From the NCBI GenBank assembly GCA_035574315.1, contig DATLYW010000015.1, positions 20,828 through 84,827 of the forward strand: a stretch of 64,000 nt of DNA. Direction: 5' to 3'. The notes below the pieces were generated by a model that ran no database searches, was not told where the DNA came from, and was given only the letters and a program-made list of their open reading frames with translations. Shown piece after piece: positions 37,021 through 46,236 of the stretch. The DNA is from Candidatus Zixiibacteriota bacterium. Lineage in GTDB: Bacteria > Desulfobacterota > Binatia > UBA9968. How positions within the stretch are numbered: position 1 is the stretch's first letter; the number at the start of each line of letters is the position of its first letter. Position numbers and translations under genes: made by a program.

Positions 37021-38519
37021 CACGTCACCACCTTGACCGCGGCTTCGGGCCGGCGCTTCGCTTTCCAGTCGTGGACGAACGGATAGACAACGGAAACGAG
37101 AAGCAGAACCATCAATATGAGGACGGTCGGGCGCGTCAGCCATTCCAGTCCGTAGCGGGTATAGGACAGCCAGAGATAGAGTTCCATCTTCTTTCCGAGA
37201 ACGACGCCCAGCAGTAACGGCGCCCGAGGCCAGCCGTGCCGCCTCATGAAGAAGCCGAGCAGCGAGAAGATCATCAGCACCGCGAGATCGTAGCTGTGGA
37301 AGCCGGCGGCGAAAGCGCCGATGAAGATGAAGGCGACGATCGGCGGCACGACGATGTGGAACGGGAAAAAACAGATCCGGGCGATCGGCCTCGCAAACAG
37401 CATGCAGACCGCCGTGGCGATGATGTTCGCGATCACCAGGGTCCAGATCACGGCGAAGGTCAGGCTGAGCTGGGTGGTGAGCATGTCGGGTCCGGGCTTG
37501 ATCCCCACCGCGACAAAGGCCGTGAGCACGAGGGCGGTGGACGTCCCGCCCGGGATCCCGAAGGCCAGCGTCGGTATGTAGTCTCCTCCTTCCTTGGCGT
37601 TGTTCGCACCCTCGGAAGCGATCACGCCGCGGACGTCGCCCTTGCCGAAGCTCGAGCGCTCCTTTTCAGTCTGTACCGCGTGCGCGTAGGCGAACCAGTC
37701 CGCGACCGAGCTGCCGAGGCCGGGAAGAAAGCCGACCCAGGCACCGATGAACGACGTGCGGAGCAGCAGCCACCAGTGCCGGAACACGTCGATGATCCCC
37801 TGAACGTATCCGCGGCCGAACTCCTCCGACCTGGCAATTGTTCCCTTGCGGCCGGCCAGATCGATCACCTCGGGAATGCCGAACAGCCCGAGAGCGACCA
37901 GCACGAGATGGATCCCCTCCCAGAGGTACGGGGTATCGAACGCGAACCGTTCGATCCCCGACTTGGCGTCGAGGCCGATAGTCGAAATGAACACTCCGAG
38001 GATGCCCGCGAGCAGGCCTTTCACCGGAGCGCTGCCGCTCAGGATCCCCACCATGCTCACGCCCCAGAGAGTGAGAACGAAGAACTCCGGCGAGCTGAAG
38101 CTCAGGACCAGCGGCCGCAGCACGGGCAGCGACGCGAGCAAAACCAGAGCGCCGAAAAGCCCGCCCAGCAGCGAAGCCACGAAGGAGGCGCTGAGGGCCC
38201 GAGCGGCCTCGCCGTTCCTCGCCATCGGGTGGCCGTCCAGGACGGTCGCCTGCGACCCCGAGCTTCCCGGCACCGAGATGAGGATCGCGGTGAAAGCGCT
38301 GGCTGTGTTCCCCACCGCGTCCATGCCGACGAGAAGCGCGATGACCTGCATGGGGTCCTGCATGGTCATCACGAAGGGCAGCATGATCGCCAGCGTGCTC
38401 GGCCCGCCGATTCCGGGAAGGAAACCGACGAGGCTGCCGATCAGCACGCCGAGACACATGAAGCCGAGGGCCCGCGGCTGAAGGACGCCGGTTAAACCTT
38501 CGACGGCCGCTTCCAGCAT
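37020..38519 (-). CDS. tctA: tripartite tricarboxylate transporter permease TctA
   Basis: 499 aa with typical TctA blocks (GFLPGIGGPSTLAIMLPF..., GVLIGSLVG..., GFLPGLGSSVADWFAYAHA). Confidence 0.9.
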   Translation of the reverse strand: MLEAAVEGLTGVLQPRALGFMCLGVLIGSLVGFLPGIGGPSTLAIMLPFVMTMQDPMQVIALLVGMDAVGNTASAFTAILISVPGSSGSQATVLDGHPMARNGEAARALSASFVASLLGGLFGALVLLASLPVLRPLVLSFSSPEFFVLTLWGVSMVGILSGSAPVKGLLAGILGVFISTIGLDAKSGIERFAFDTPYLWEGIHLVLVALGLFGIPEVIDLAGRKGTIARSEEFGRGYVQGIIDVFRHWWLLLRTSFIGAWVGFLPGLGSSVADWFAYAHAVQTEKERSSFGKGDVRGVIASEGANNAKEGGDYIPTLAFGIPGGTSTALVLTAFVAVGIKPGPDMLTTQLSLTFAVIWTLVIANIIATAVCMLFARPIARICFFPFHIVVPPIVAFIFIGAFAAGFHSYDLAVLMIFSLLGFFMRRHGWPRAPLLLGVVLGKKMELYLWLSYTRYGLEWLTRPTVLILMVLLLVSVVYPFVHDWKAKRRPEAAVKVVT

Positions 38520-38580
38520 GATCGACCTGCGAAATCGTCCGAGATCCCACCCGACCCCGGCACGCCTGACCCGAGGCGAA

Positions 38581-39639
38581 CTACGATTTCTTCCCGCCGA
38601 CGGGAAGCCCGTACTTCTGCCGCATCTTGGTGATGAACTCCTTTGCTTCCTTGGGAATGGCGATGTGCTCGCGGATGACGCTCTCGATCTTTTCGGCGGA
38701 GTGAGGTTTCCAGCCGTCGCCGAAGAACTTGTCTCCTTCCCTGTCGACTTCCGGATCCTTCATGAGCTTGTTGAAGGCATCGCGCAGCAAGGCGACCAGA
38801 TGGTCGGGGGTCCCGTCCGGTGCCACCAGAAACTTGTCCAGCTCCGGAGCGCCGGCCCACGCCATGTAGGCCTGCCAGGCCAGCCCGCCGGGCTTCTTCG
38901 CGCCGAGGACCTCGACGAACGTCGGTACGGCGGGAAAATCCTCGCGGCGTTTGTTTTCCTCGGCAACCAGAACGTCGACGATCCCCTCGCGCTGGAGATC
39001 CTTGACGAGCTTGGCGTTCTGCGTCGCCCAGAGATCGATCTCCCCCTGGCGCATCGCCAGCTGCAGCTCCCGGCTTCCGGGATAGCCGTAGACCCACCGG
39101 AGGTTCCACCCGAGGTACTCGGCGCCCCAGACCGTCATCGCCACCCAGGAACGGATGCCGTCGGTGTCGCCGACCACCGCCGGCTTGGCCGCGGGATCCG
39201 AGATCCGCGCCCGCGCTTCCTTGCGAATCATCAGCAGGCTTCCGGGCCGCGCGATGCCGCCGATGACTCTGAAGCGGCGCGGATCGTATTTGATGGTCGG
39301 CCCTCCCCGGACGAAATTGGCGATCCCGGAAGAGGAATCCTGCATGATCGTCAGGCCGTCGGGCTTCGCTTCGCTCGCGAAGTAGTTGTTGGCGATCGTT
39401 CCGCCCCCGCCGGGCATGTTCTGCACGATGACCTTGGGGTTGCCCGGAATGTACCTGGAGATGAACCGCGACACGAGGCGGGCCGCGGCGTCGGTCCCGC
39501 CGCCGGCCCCCGAAGAGACGATAATACGAAGCGTCTTTCCTTCGTAGTACGGCGGGGCATCGGCCGCCCCCGCACCCCCGGTGGGGATCGCCAGGAAAAG
39601 CAGGACCAGCCCTCGAGCCAACAAGCGCTTCGATTGCAT
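38581..39639 (-). CDS. tctC: tripartite tricarboxylate transporter substrate-binding protein TctC (Bug family)
   Basis: 352 aa. Signal peptide, then YEGKTLRIIVSSGAGGGTDAAARL...IVQNMPGGGGTIAN, the Bug/TctC signature. GGAGGAG ribosome-binding site. Confidence 0.9.
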   Translation of the reverse strand: MQSKRLLARGLVLLFLAIPTGGAGAADAPPYYEGKTLRIIVSSGAGGGTDAAARLVSRFISRYIPGNPKVIVQNMPGGGGTIANNYFASEAKPDGLTIMQDSSSGIANFVRGGPTIKYDPRRFRVIGGIARPGSLLMIRKEARARISDPAAKPAVVGDTDGIRSWVAMTVWGAEYLGWNLRWVYGYPGSRELQLAMRQGEIDLWATQNAKLVKDLQREGIVDVLVAEENKRREDFPAVPTFVEVLGAKKPGGLAWQAYMAWAGAPELDKFLVAPDGTPDHLVALLRDAFNKLMKDPEVDREGDKFFGDGWKPHSAEKIESVIREHIAIPKEAKEFITKMRQKYGLPVGGKKS

Positions 39640-39802
39640 CTTCTCCTCCTCGGACGAGAGATTTGCAACTTGCGAAAGCTCGTCTGATACGCCGGAAGTG
39701 ACTCTTCGAACCCGTTCAAGGCCGAGATCCGGACCTCCGTCGCTGCGATAGCGCTTCGGTCCCCGTCGCTCGCCGGACGAGCGCTCGAGGCAGCCGAAGC
39801 TA

Positions 39803-40102
39803 TCAAAAACCGCCGCCGGCCCGCAAGACCTCGCGATGCGCGCGGGGCAAGGGCCGTCCAGCAGGTAAAAAACGGCTCGGCCGCGGCCCGGACTCCTCGG
39901 TCCTGTCGTGGCGCATGTTGTTGAAAAGAGGGATCACTCCGATCCCGTCCGGCAACATCCGGATCATCTCCACGAGCGAAGCCGGAGCCGTGGCAGGCTT
40001 GATGATCCCAGCCATGTCGCGCCAGCTGTCGGACGCCATCGCGCTCTCCTCCAATTCCCGCCGACTCGCCTCCGGATCGCACCACGGAACGGACATTGAC
40101 AT
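39803..40102 (-). pseudogene. possible N-terminal remnant of an Asp/Glu/hydantoin-racemase (arylmalonate-decarboxylase-like) gene
   Basis: The 99-aa ORF contains MAGIIKPATAPASLVEMIRMLPDGIGVIPLFNNM, similar to AMDase/maleate-isomerase N-termini. It then degenerates into Arg/Pro-rich sequence and sits in a 590-bp divergent intergenic region. Confidence 0.25.
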
Positions 40103-40232
40103 CGCGCGAACGCGTATATTAAGGAATTCAAGGACTCGCGAACAACGATCGAACGAGCCGCCGCGAAGACCGGGTTCGGAAGGCCACGGCCTGTGACAGG
40201 ATGCTTACATATCCAGAAGGAGGTCGACCGAA

Positions 40233-41339
40233 ATGTCTCCGGATGTACCTGCCGAGGATCTCGTGATCGACGCCGACGCCCATGTCGTGGAGTCCGCTCA
40301 CACCTGGGACTTCATGGACCCGTCGGAGAGCCAGTTTCGCCCGATTCCCCTCGAAACCCGTGAGCAGGCGGGGGTCAAGCTTCAATTTTGGGTGATCGAC
40401 GGTAAGGTGAGAGGATTTCGCTTTCCCGCGTTCTCCGACGATGAGCTGCAACGGCGCTCCCGGCAGGTCGGGCGGAAGTTCGCCGACCGCCTGGAGTCCC
40501 GCGAGCTGGGCAACGTCGACCTGCGGCTGGAGCACATGGATCGAACCGGCGTCGACATCGAGGTCCTGCACAACACCATGTTCATCGAATCGGCCACGGA
40601 CCGCGCGGCGGTCGAGGTCGCCCTGTGCAAGAGCTGGAATCGCTGGCTTGCGGAGATCTGGAAGCAGGGAAAGGGGCGTCTGCGCTGGTCCTGCATGGCG
40701 CCGACGCTGAGCATGACGGATGCCCTGGACCAGATCCGTTGGTCGAGGGAAAACGGCGCGTGTGCCGTGCTGATGCGCCCGGTCGAAGGGCACCGCCTGC
40801 TCGTCGACCCCTATTTCTACCCCATCTACGACGAGGCGCAAAAGCTGGACATGGCGATCGCGGTTCACATCGCCAATGGCAATCCATGGCTTTGCGATTT
40901 GTACCGCCACCCCGTGCCGATCGCTTCCACGTTCCACCGATTCCGAATCCCCACCGTAGCCGCGTTCACCGACGTCGTGCTCAGCGAGATCCCGCAGGTG
41001 TTTCCCAGGCTGAGATGGGGGTTCATAGAAGCCAGCGCGCAGTGGCTTCCATGGGTGATCGTGGAGGCGAGGAAACGCTTCAAAACCCTGGGCCGCGAGT
41101 GGCCCGAGAACTTCGCTCGCGACTATCGGCTGTTCGTTACCTGCGAGAACTCGGATGACCTGCCTTACATCGTTCAACAAGCCGGCGAGGACTGCCTGGT
41201 CATCGGAACCGACTACGGGCACACCGACATCTCGAGCGACGTCGACGCGATCAAAATATTCAGGGAAAGAGCCGACCTGGCGCCGCGGATCAAGCGAAAG
41301 ATTCTGAGCGACAACGCGCGGGCGCTCTACGGACTCTGA
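40233..41339 (+). CDS. amidohydrolase-2 family protein (ACMSD-like metal-dependent hydrolase/decarboxylase)
   Basis: 368 aa. Strong ribosome-binding site (AGGAGG). N-terminal VIDADAHVVE (the H-x-H metal ligands), later AVHIANG and TDYGHTD blocks typical of the ACMSD/amidohydrolase_2 family. Confidence 0.8.
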   Translation: MSPDVPAEDLVIDADAHVVESAHTWDFMDPSESQFRPIPLETREQAGVKLQFWVIDGKVRGFRFPAFSDDELQRRSRQVGRKFADRLESRELGNVDLRLEHMDRTGVDIEVLHNTMFIESATDRAAVEVALCKSWNRWLAEIWKQGKGRLRWSCMAPTLSMTDALDQIRWSRENGACAVLMRPVEGHRLLVDPYFYPIYDEAQKLDMAIAVHIANGNPWLCDLYRHPVPIASTFHRFRIPTVAAFTDVVLSEIPQVFPRLRWGFIEASAQWLPWVIVEARKRFKTLGREWPENFARDYRLFVTCENSDDLPYIVQQAGEDCLVIGTDYGHTDISSDVDAIKIFRERADLAPRIKRKILSDNARALYGL

Positions 41340-41379
41340 GGCGCCTGCGCGAAGGCGACGAAGCGTCCCGTCGGGTCGG

Positions 41380-42432
41380 TTATCTCAGGACCTCCTTGAG
41401 CTTCGCCGCCAGTGCCGCGTCCAGGTTGAGAATCTCCTTGACGCCCCGCTCCAGCTCCGCCCCGTCGAGCGGATTGATCTCGAGGCGGGCCTTCTTCGCC
41501 TCGGCCAGGAGCTCGGGATCCTTCAGGGCCTCGATGAACGCCTTGCGCAGGAGCTGAACGCGCTCCTTCGGCGTTCCCGGAGGGAGCACGAAGGGACGGA
41601 CGGTCGGGCCGTGCACCTGAATCACGGTGCGGATCAGCTTCTTCGCTTCCTCGGTCTTGGCGAAGTTGAGCGCGAGCGGCACGTGAGCAAGTTCCGCGTG
41701 GGGCGTCAGCGTCTCCTGCAGCACGATGACGAGATCGCCCGCATCGAGCTCCTTGCGCCAGGTCGCCCTGAACGACTGCCAGGAGTTGCTCAAGCCCTGA
41801 ACCTCGCCGCTGTTGAAGGCGAGCCGGATATCCGCGGTCCCTTTGTATCCCGAGACAAGCTGAACCGGAAGGCCGATGGTCGCCTTGAGCACGTTGGGGA
41901 GGTCGTCGGTGCCCGAGCCCGTGGCCACCCCGCCCAGCTTGAGCGGGCTCTTGGAGGCCATCAGCTGGTCCGCGCTGGTGATTCCGCTCGCCCTGGACAC
42001 CCCGAGCATGAACTCGTCCTGAGCCGGAACGCCGAGGTACTCGAAGCGCCGCGCATCGAACTCGATTCCGGGTTTCCCGAGAAGCTGCTGGAGGAAAAGT
42101 CCGCCGATGAAGTGGCCGATCGTGAGACCGTCCGGCTTGGCGGCCTTGTAGATGTGGTTGGCCGAGATCATGCTGCCGGCGCCCGCCATGTTCTCCACGG
42201 CGACCGTCGGATTGCCGGGGATGTACTTCGGGAGATGGCGGGCGATGACGCGGGCATAGGTGTCGTAGCCGCCGCCTGCGGAGAAGCCGACGATGATGCG
42301 TATCGTCTTCCCCTTGAAAAAGCTTTCCTGTGCGAAAGCCGCCCCGCCACAAGCGAGGATCAAGGCGGCCGCGATTTTCAGCGTGCCGAAGGCCCTGGCT
42401 CTCATATTTCTCCTCCTTGCAAGAAGACTCAT
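41380..42432 (-). CDS. TctC/Bug-family substrate-binding protein (orphan)
   Basis: 350 aa. Signal peptide, then FKGKTIRIIVGFSAGGGYDTYARV...AVENMAGAGSMISAN. Confidence 0.85.
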   Translation of the reverse strand: MSLLARRRNMRARAFGTLKIAAALILACGGAAFAQESFFKGKTIRIIVGFSAGGGYDTYARVIARHLPKYIPGNPTVAVENMAGAGSMISANHIYKAAKPDGLTIGHFIGGLFLQQLLGKPGIEFDARRFEYLGVPAQDEFMLGVSRASGITSADQLMASKSPLKLGGVATGSGTDDLPNVLKATIGLPVQLVSGYKGTADIRLAFNSGEVQGLSNSWQSFRATWRKELDAGDLVIVLQETLTPHAELAHVPLALNFAKTEEAKKLIRTVIQVHGPTVRPFVLPPGTPKERVQLLRKAFIEALKDPELLAEAKKARLEINPLDGAELERGVKEILNLDAALAAKLKEVLR

Positions 42433-42661
42433 CGAGCGGCCGCGGCGCTGAGCGGTGCCGCGCCCTACCGACTTATCAGCGAGCTCGTAACGACGTGCCG
42501 CCGCGCTTCAATCGTTCACAGGTTGAACGGTCGCCCGCAAAAACCCGGAAACCGGGAACGCAAACCAGAAACTGCGATTATCCTTCGGTTCACTCCGGCG
42601 CGCCGCGCTCCGCGCCTCGTTCTTCATTTCGAGCCTCACGACGGTTCCGCTCGCGAGCCCG

Positions 42662-43738
42662 TCAACGGCCGGGCAGAGGATCCGGCCCGGCGAGCTTCTT
42701 GTAGAGCTGGACGACCTCCGGGGCCCGGGGCAGCTCCTTGATCGCGCGCTCCACGCCTTCGCCGTCGACGGGAACGGGGCTGTCGCCCATCAGCTTCTTG
42801 AACTCGGCCGGAAACTCGGGATCGGCAAAAGCTTTCCGCATCGCTTCCCGGATGATCCGCACGGGCTCGGCCGGCGTTCCCGGGGGAAAGATGTAAGGCC
42901 AGCGCGGATATTGAAAGGCCCGGAACATGTCGAGCAGCTTTCGCTCCACGTCGGACCTGGCGAAGGTTTCGAACTCTGGCACGTGGGCGAAGGTCGGGTT
43001 GTGGCGGCCCTTCGGCACCGTCAGCGTCGCGTGGAAATGGACGAGCTTTTTCTTGATCCATTCGGGCTGTTCGATCACGAATCGGGCCGCGCCGGTTACG
43101 TGCGCGTCCAGCTCGTCGCGTCCCAGAGCGATGTAGATTTCCGGCCCGGTGAAGCCGGTCACGAACGTGGGCGACTTCAGGCCGATGAGATAGGCCGCCA
43201 TGCGCGCGGTCACGTACACCGGATGGCCGACGGCGTGCGCGCCGAACCGAAGCCCGCTTCTGGCTCGGAGCTTCTCCAGGGTGTCCAGCCCCAGCTCGCC
43301 TTTGGTGTAGAAAATGTACGGGTCGCCCGTGTCGGTCGACCCGAGATAGATGAACTTGTCGAGGTCGTAGTTGCTTCCCGGCAGCCCCAGGATGGGCCCG
43401 ACCACCAGCCCCGCACCGATGGAACCTATCGTCAGCCCATCGGGCCGCGTCGAGCTGTAGATGAGGTTCGCCGCTTTCCTGCCGGCGGCGCCCGGCACGA
43501 ACTCGAGCAGCAGGTTGGGTTTCCCGGGAATGTGTTTTTCCAGCACCCGCATCAGGGCTCTGGTCTGGAACTCTCCCGAGCCGCCGGGCCCCCCGCCGCG
43601 AATGATCTTGATCGTTTTTCCCCGATAGAAATCGGCCTGGGCAAAGGCGTTCCCGGCCTGGAAGAGAACGAGCAGGCCCGCAAGCGTGAGATCAATGAGC
43701 GAGCGCGGCGGTACTCTGTCGGAGCTTTTCATGGCCAA
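42662..43738 (-). CDS. TctC/Bug-family substrate-binding protein (orphan)
   Basis: 358 aa. Signal peptide, then YRGKTIKIIRGGGPGGSGEFQTRAL...LLEFVPGAAGRKAAN. Confidence 0.85.
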   Translation of the reverse strand: MAMKSSDRVPPRSLIDLTLAGLLVLFQAGNAFAQADFYRGKTIKIIRGGGPGGSGEFQTRALMRVLEKHIPGKPNLLLEFVPGAAGRKAANLIYSSTRPDGLTIGSIGAGLVVGPILGLPGSNYDLDKFIYLGSTDTGDPYIFYTKGELGLDTLEKLRARSGLRFGAHAVGHPVYVTARMAAYLIGLKSPTFVTGFTGPEIYIALGRDELDAHVTGAARFVIEQPEWIKKKLVHFHATLTVPKGRHNPTFAHVPEFETFARSDVERKLLDMFRAFQYPRWPYIFPPGTPAEPVRIIREAMRKAFADPEFPAEFKKLMGDSPVPVDGEGVERAIKELPRAPEVVQLYKKLAGPDPLPGR

Positions 43739-44137
43739 CCTCCCGCGGAGACGAACTTAGCCCACTCCCGTGCGAGGCCGTTTACGAAAGGCTTTGAGCC
43801 CCCGCCCGAAGCGGCCGGCGGCTCCGGCCCGGCTTTGCGACCCGCACCTTATGCATCCCGGGAAGGACTGTCAAGGACGCCCGCCGGAGCCTCCGATCTT
43901 CGGGATGCAATCGCCCGATCGGCGACGGGTGTACGGCTTTCGGTTTTTATTTCGAACCTCCTGGACGAGACCGTGGTGTATCACATCGCTCCGGCAAGTC
44001 GATCTTTCCCGGCGAAACTCGGCTGGCGGAGCTTGACAACGGCGTGCAGGCGTATGAAAAAACGGCAGCGCCGTCCGGACCGAAGGAGATGCCTCCCGCG
44101 GGCCCGGCGCGAAGGCCCGAAGCCGAAGGAGGGTTCC

Positions 44138-45541
44138 ATGGCGAAAGCGCAGGCCGCAGACGCGGCGCAGGGCTCTCCGACGCGGGCGCTGGCGGACTAC
44201 GTCGCGCGCCTGTCCTACAAGGACATCCCGCCGGAAGTCCTCTCTCATATCAAGCTTTGTCTCCTGGATTCCCTCGGCTGCGCTCTGTTCGGCTCCACGC
44301 TTCCCTGGGGAAAGCTCATCACGTCCTTCGCCCGGCAGCTCGGCCGGGGCAAGGGAGCCCTCATCTGGGGCAACGGCGCCGAGGTCCCCGCCACGAGCGC
44401 CCCCCTCGCCAACGGGACGCTCGTCCACAGCTTCGAGCTGGACGACCTGCATCGCGTCGGCGTCATCCACCCCGGATCGGTCGCCGTTCCCGCCGCGGAC
44501 GCGCTGGTGCGGCGCGCGGGCGGCGTCGACGGCCGGCGGTTTCTCGCCGCGGTTGTCGCCGGCTACGAAGTCGGCTGCCGCGTCGCGATGACCGGCGGAG
44601 CGGCGCAGCTGCGGCGGGGATTTCACCCGAGCGCGACTTCCGGCACCTTCGCCGCGGCGGCTGCGGCGGCGAAGCTCTTGCGCCTCGGCCCCGCCGAGAC
44701 CGTTCACGCCCTGGGCATCGCGGGCACGCAGGCTGCCGGCCTGATGGCCGCTCAGCATGCCTCGATGGTCAAGCGCATGCACGCTGGCCGCGCCGCTCAG
44801 GCCGGAGTCTACGGCGCGCTGCTGGCCGCGCAGGGCTTTACGGGAATCGAGGATATTCTCGAAGCGCCGTACGGCGGCTTCTGCTCGACCTTCGTCGATC
44901 AGCCGAAGCTCCACCACCTCACTCAGGGCCTCGGGAAACGTTTCGAGACGCTCAACGTCGGCTTCAAGCCTTACCCCTGCTGCGGCAGCAACCATACTTC
45001 GATCGACGCGCTGAAGAAGATCCTGCGCGACCATCCGGAGGTTCGCCCGCAAGACGTCGAGAGCATTCGAATCCGGGCGACGCGTGCCACCAGGCTCCAC
45101 GTGGGCTGGAGCTACGAGCCGAGGAGCATGATCACGGCGCAGATGAACCTCCCTTTTTGCGTCGCCGTGCTGCTCCACGATCGTGATTTTTTCGTCGATC
45201 AGGTCACGGAAGGATCGATCCGGCGCCCCGACGTTCTGGCGACGGCGCGCAAGGTCGAGGTGATCGAGGATCCGCAATTCGACGCCCTGGGGGACGAGGG
45301 CCGCCATGGCGTGCAGCTCGAGGTGCGGCTTGCGGACGGGAAAACCTTCAGCGAGAGGGTCCTTCACGCCTGGGGCAGCGAGAAGCGTCCCATGACGAGG
45401 GACGAGGTCCTGAGGAAATTCCGCCTTCTCGCGTCGCGCGCCCTGCCGCGCTCTCGCGTGGAGAAGGTCGAGGAAACGCTCCTCGACCTCGAAAAGCTCG
45501 ACGACGCCCGGAAGATCGCGCGACTGACGGTCGCGCGCTGA
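44138..45541 (+). CDS. MmgE/PrpD family protein
   Basis: The ATG at 44138 (GGAGGG ribosome-binding site) gives 467 aa with PrpD blocks (LLDSLGCALFGS..., HPSATSGTFAAAAAAAKLL, FKPYPCCGSNHTSIDA). The track ORF 42911..45541 is an artefactual N-extension. Confidence 0.85.
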   Translation: MAKAQAADAAQGSPTRALADYVARLSYKDIPPEVLSHIKLCLLDSLGCALFGSTLPWGKLITSFARQLGRGKGALIWGNGAEVPATSAPLANGTLVHSFELDDLHRVGVIHPGSVAVPAADALVRRAGGVDGRRFLAAVVAGYEVGCRVAMTGGAAQLRRGFHPSATSGTFAAAAAAAKLLRLGPAETVHALGIAGTQAAGLMAAQHASMVKRMHAGRAAQAGVYGALLAAQGFTGIEDILEAPYGGFCSTFVDQPKLHHLTQGLGKRFETLNVGFKPYPCCGSNHTSIDALKKILRDHPEVRPQDVESIRIRATRATRLHVGWSYEPRSMITAQMNLPFCVAVLLHDRDFFVDQVTEGSIRRPDVLATARKVEVIEDPQFDALGDEGRHGVQLEVRLADGKTFSERVLHAWGSEKRPMTRDEVLRKFRLLASRALPRSRVEKVEETLLDLEKLDDARKIARLTVAR

Positions 45542-45582
45542 GCGCCTTCGCGAAACGCTCTTCCGCTCCCGCGCCGGGCCGC

Positions 45583-46080
45583 TCAGGCCCGCTCGCCCAG
45601 CATCGTGCCGCGGCAGCGGCGCGCGCCGCAGAAGCAGGCGTGGGCCCGCTTGGCCGCTCTGGTGTGCGGCTCGCCGAGCTGCAGGTTGTAGTCGTAGGTC
45701 AGCTCTTCTCCCGGCCGGATCTCGCGGCGCGCCTCGATGAAAATCCGCTCGTCCTCCTCCACGACCTCGCAGTTCGGAGCGCAGGAATGGTTGATCCAGC
45801 GCGCTGCGCTGCCCCGCCGGGTCGCGTCGATCACGATCCGGTCGTTGACCTCGAAGAGCATGGTGTGGGGCGACCGGGCGTGAGCCTCGCTGTAGCGCTC
45901 GTCCGCCTCTTGCTGCGAGATTCGCTCGCCCGTGTACTCGATGATCCGGGCTCCCTTGGGGATTCGAACCCGCGCGAACACGCCGCGCCCGTGGATCGGT
46001 GATTTGCGGACGACGATTTTTCGCGCGCGCTTTTTCGGCCCGATCGGCATCGTGCCATTAGAATGTTTCGGGATTTCCAT
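45583..46080 (-). CDS. SET-domain protein (putative protein-lysine methyltransferase)
   Basis: The C-terminus has RWINHSCAPNCEV...GEELTYDY and the post-SET CFCGARRC. The start is ambiguous between ATG 46080 (MEIPK) and ATG 46050 (MPIGP). Confidence 0.7.
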   Translation of the reverse strand: MEIPKHSNGTMPIGPKKRARKIVVRKSPIHGRGVFARVRIPKGARIIEYTGERISQQEADERYSEAHARSPHTMLFEVNDRIVIDATRRGSAARWINHSCAPNCEVVEEDERIFIEARREIRPGEELTYDYNLQLGEPHTRAAKRAHACFCGARRCRGTMLGERA

Positions 46081-46236
46081 CCAGTCAAGTCCGAAAAGCC
46101 GCGGCCCGGGCCGCAAACCCGCCGGCGCCCGGCATGAAGGCGCTTTCTCCCGCTCTGGCCCGGCGCGCGTTTTTGCGCTATGGCTCTGAGGACGGCCCCT
46201 GCGGCCCGTCAACGATCATCAGCGCGAGGTTGGACG

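Noticed and set aside
45575-45591. Six-bp GC hairpin (CGGGCC-GCTCA-GGCCCG) between the convergent PrpD and SET genes
   Set aside because: It has no U-tract and overlaps the SET stop codon. It could be a factor-dependent or bidirectional terminator, but the evidence is too weak.
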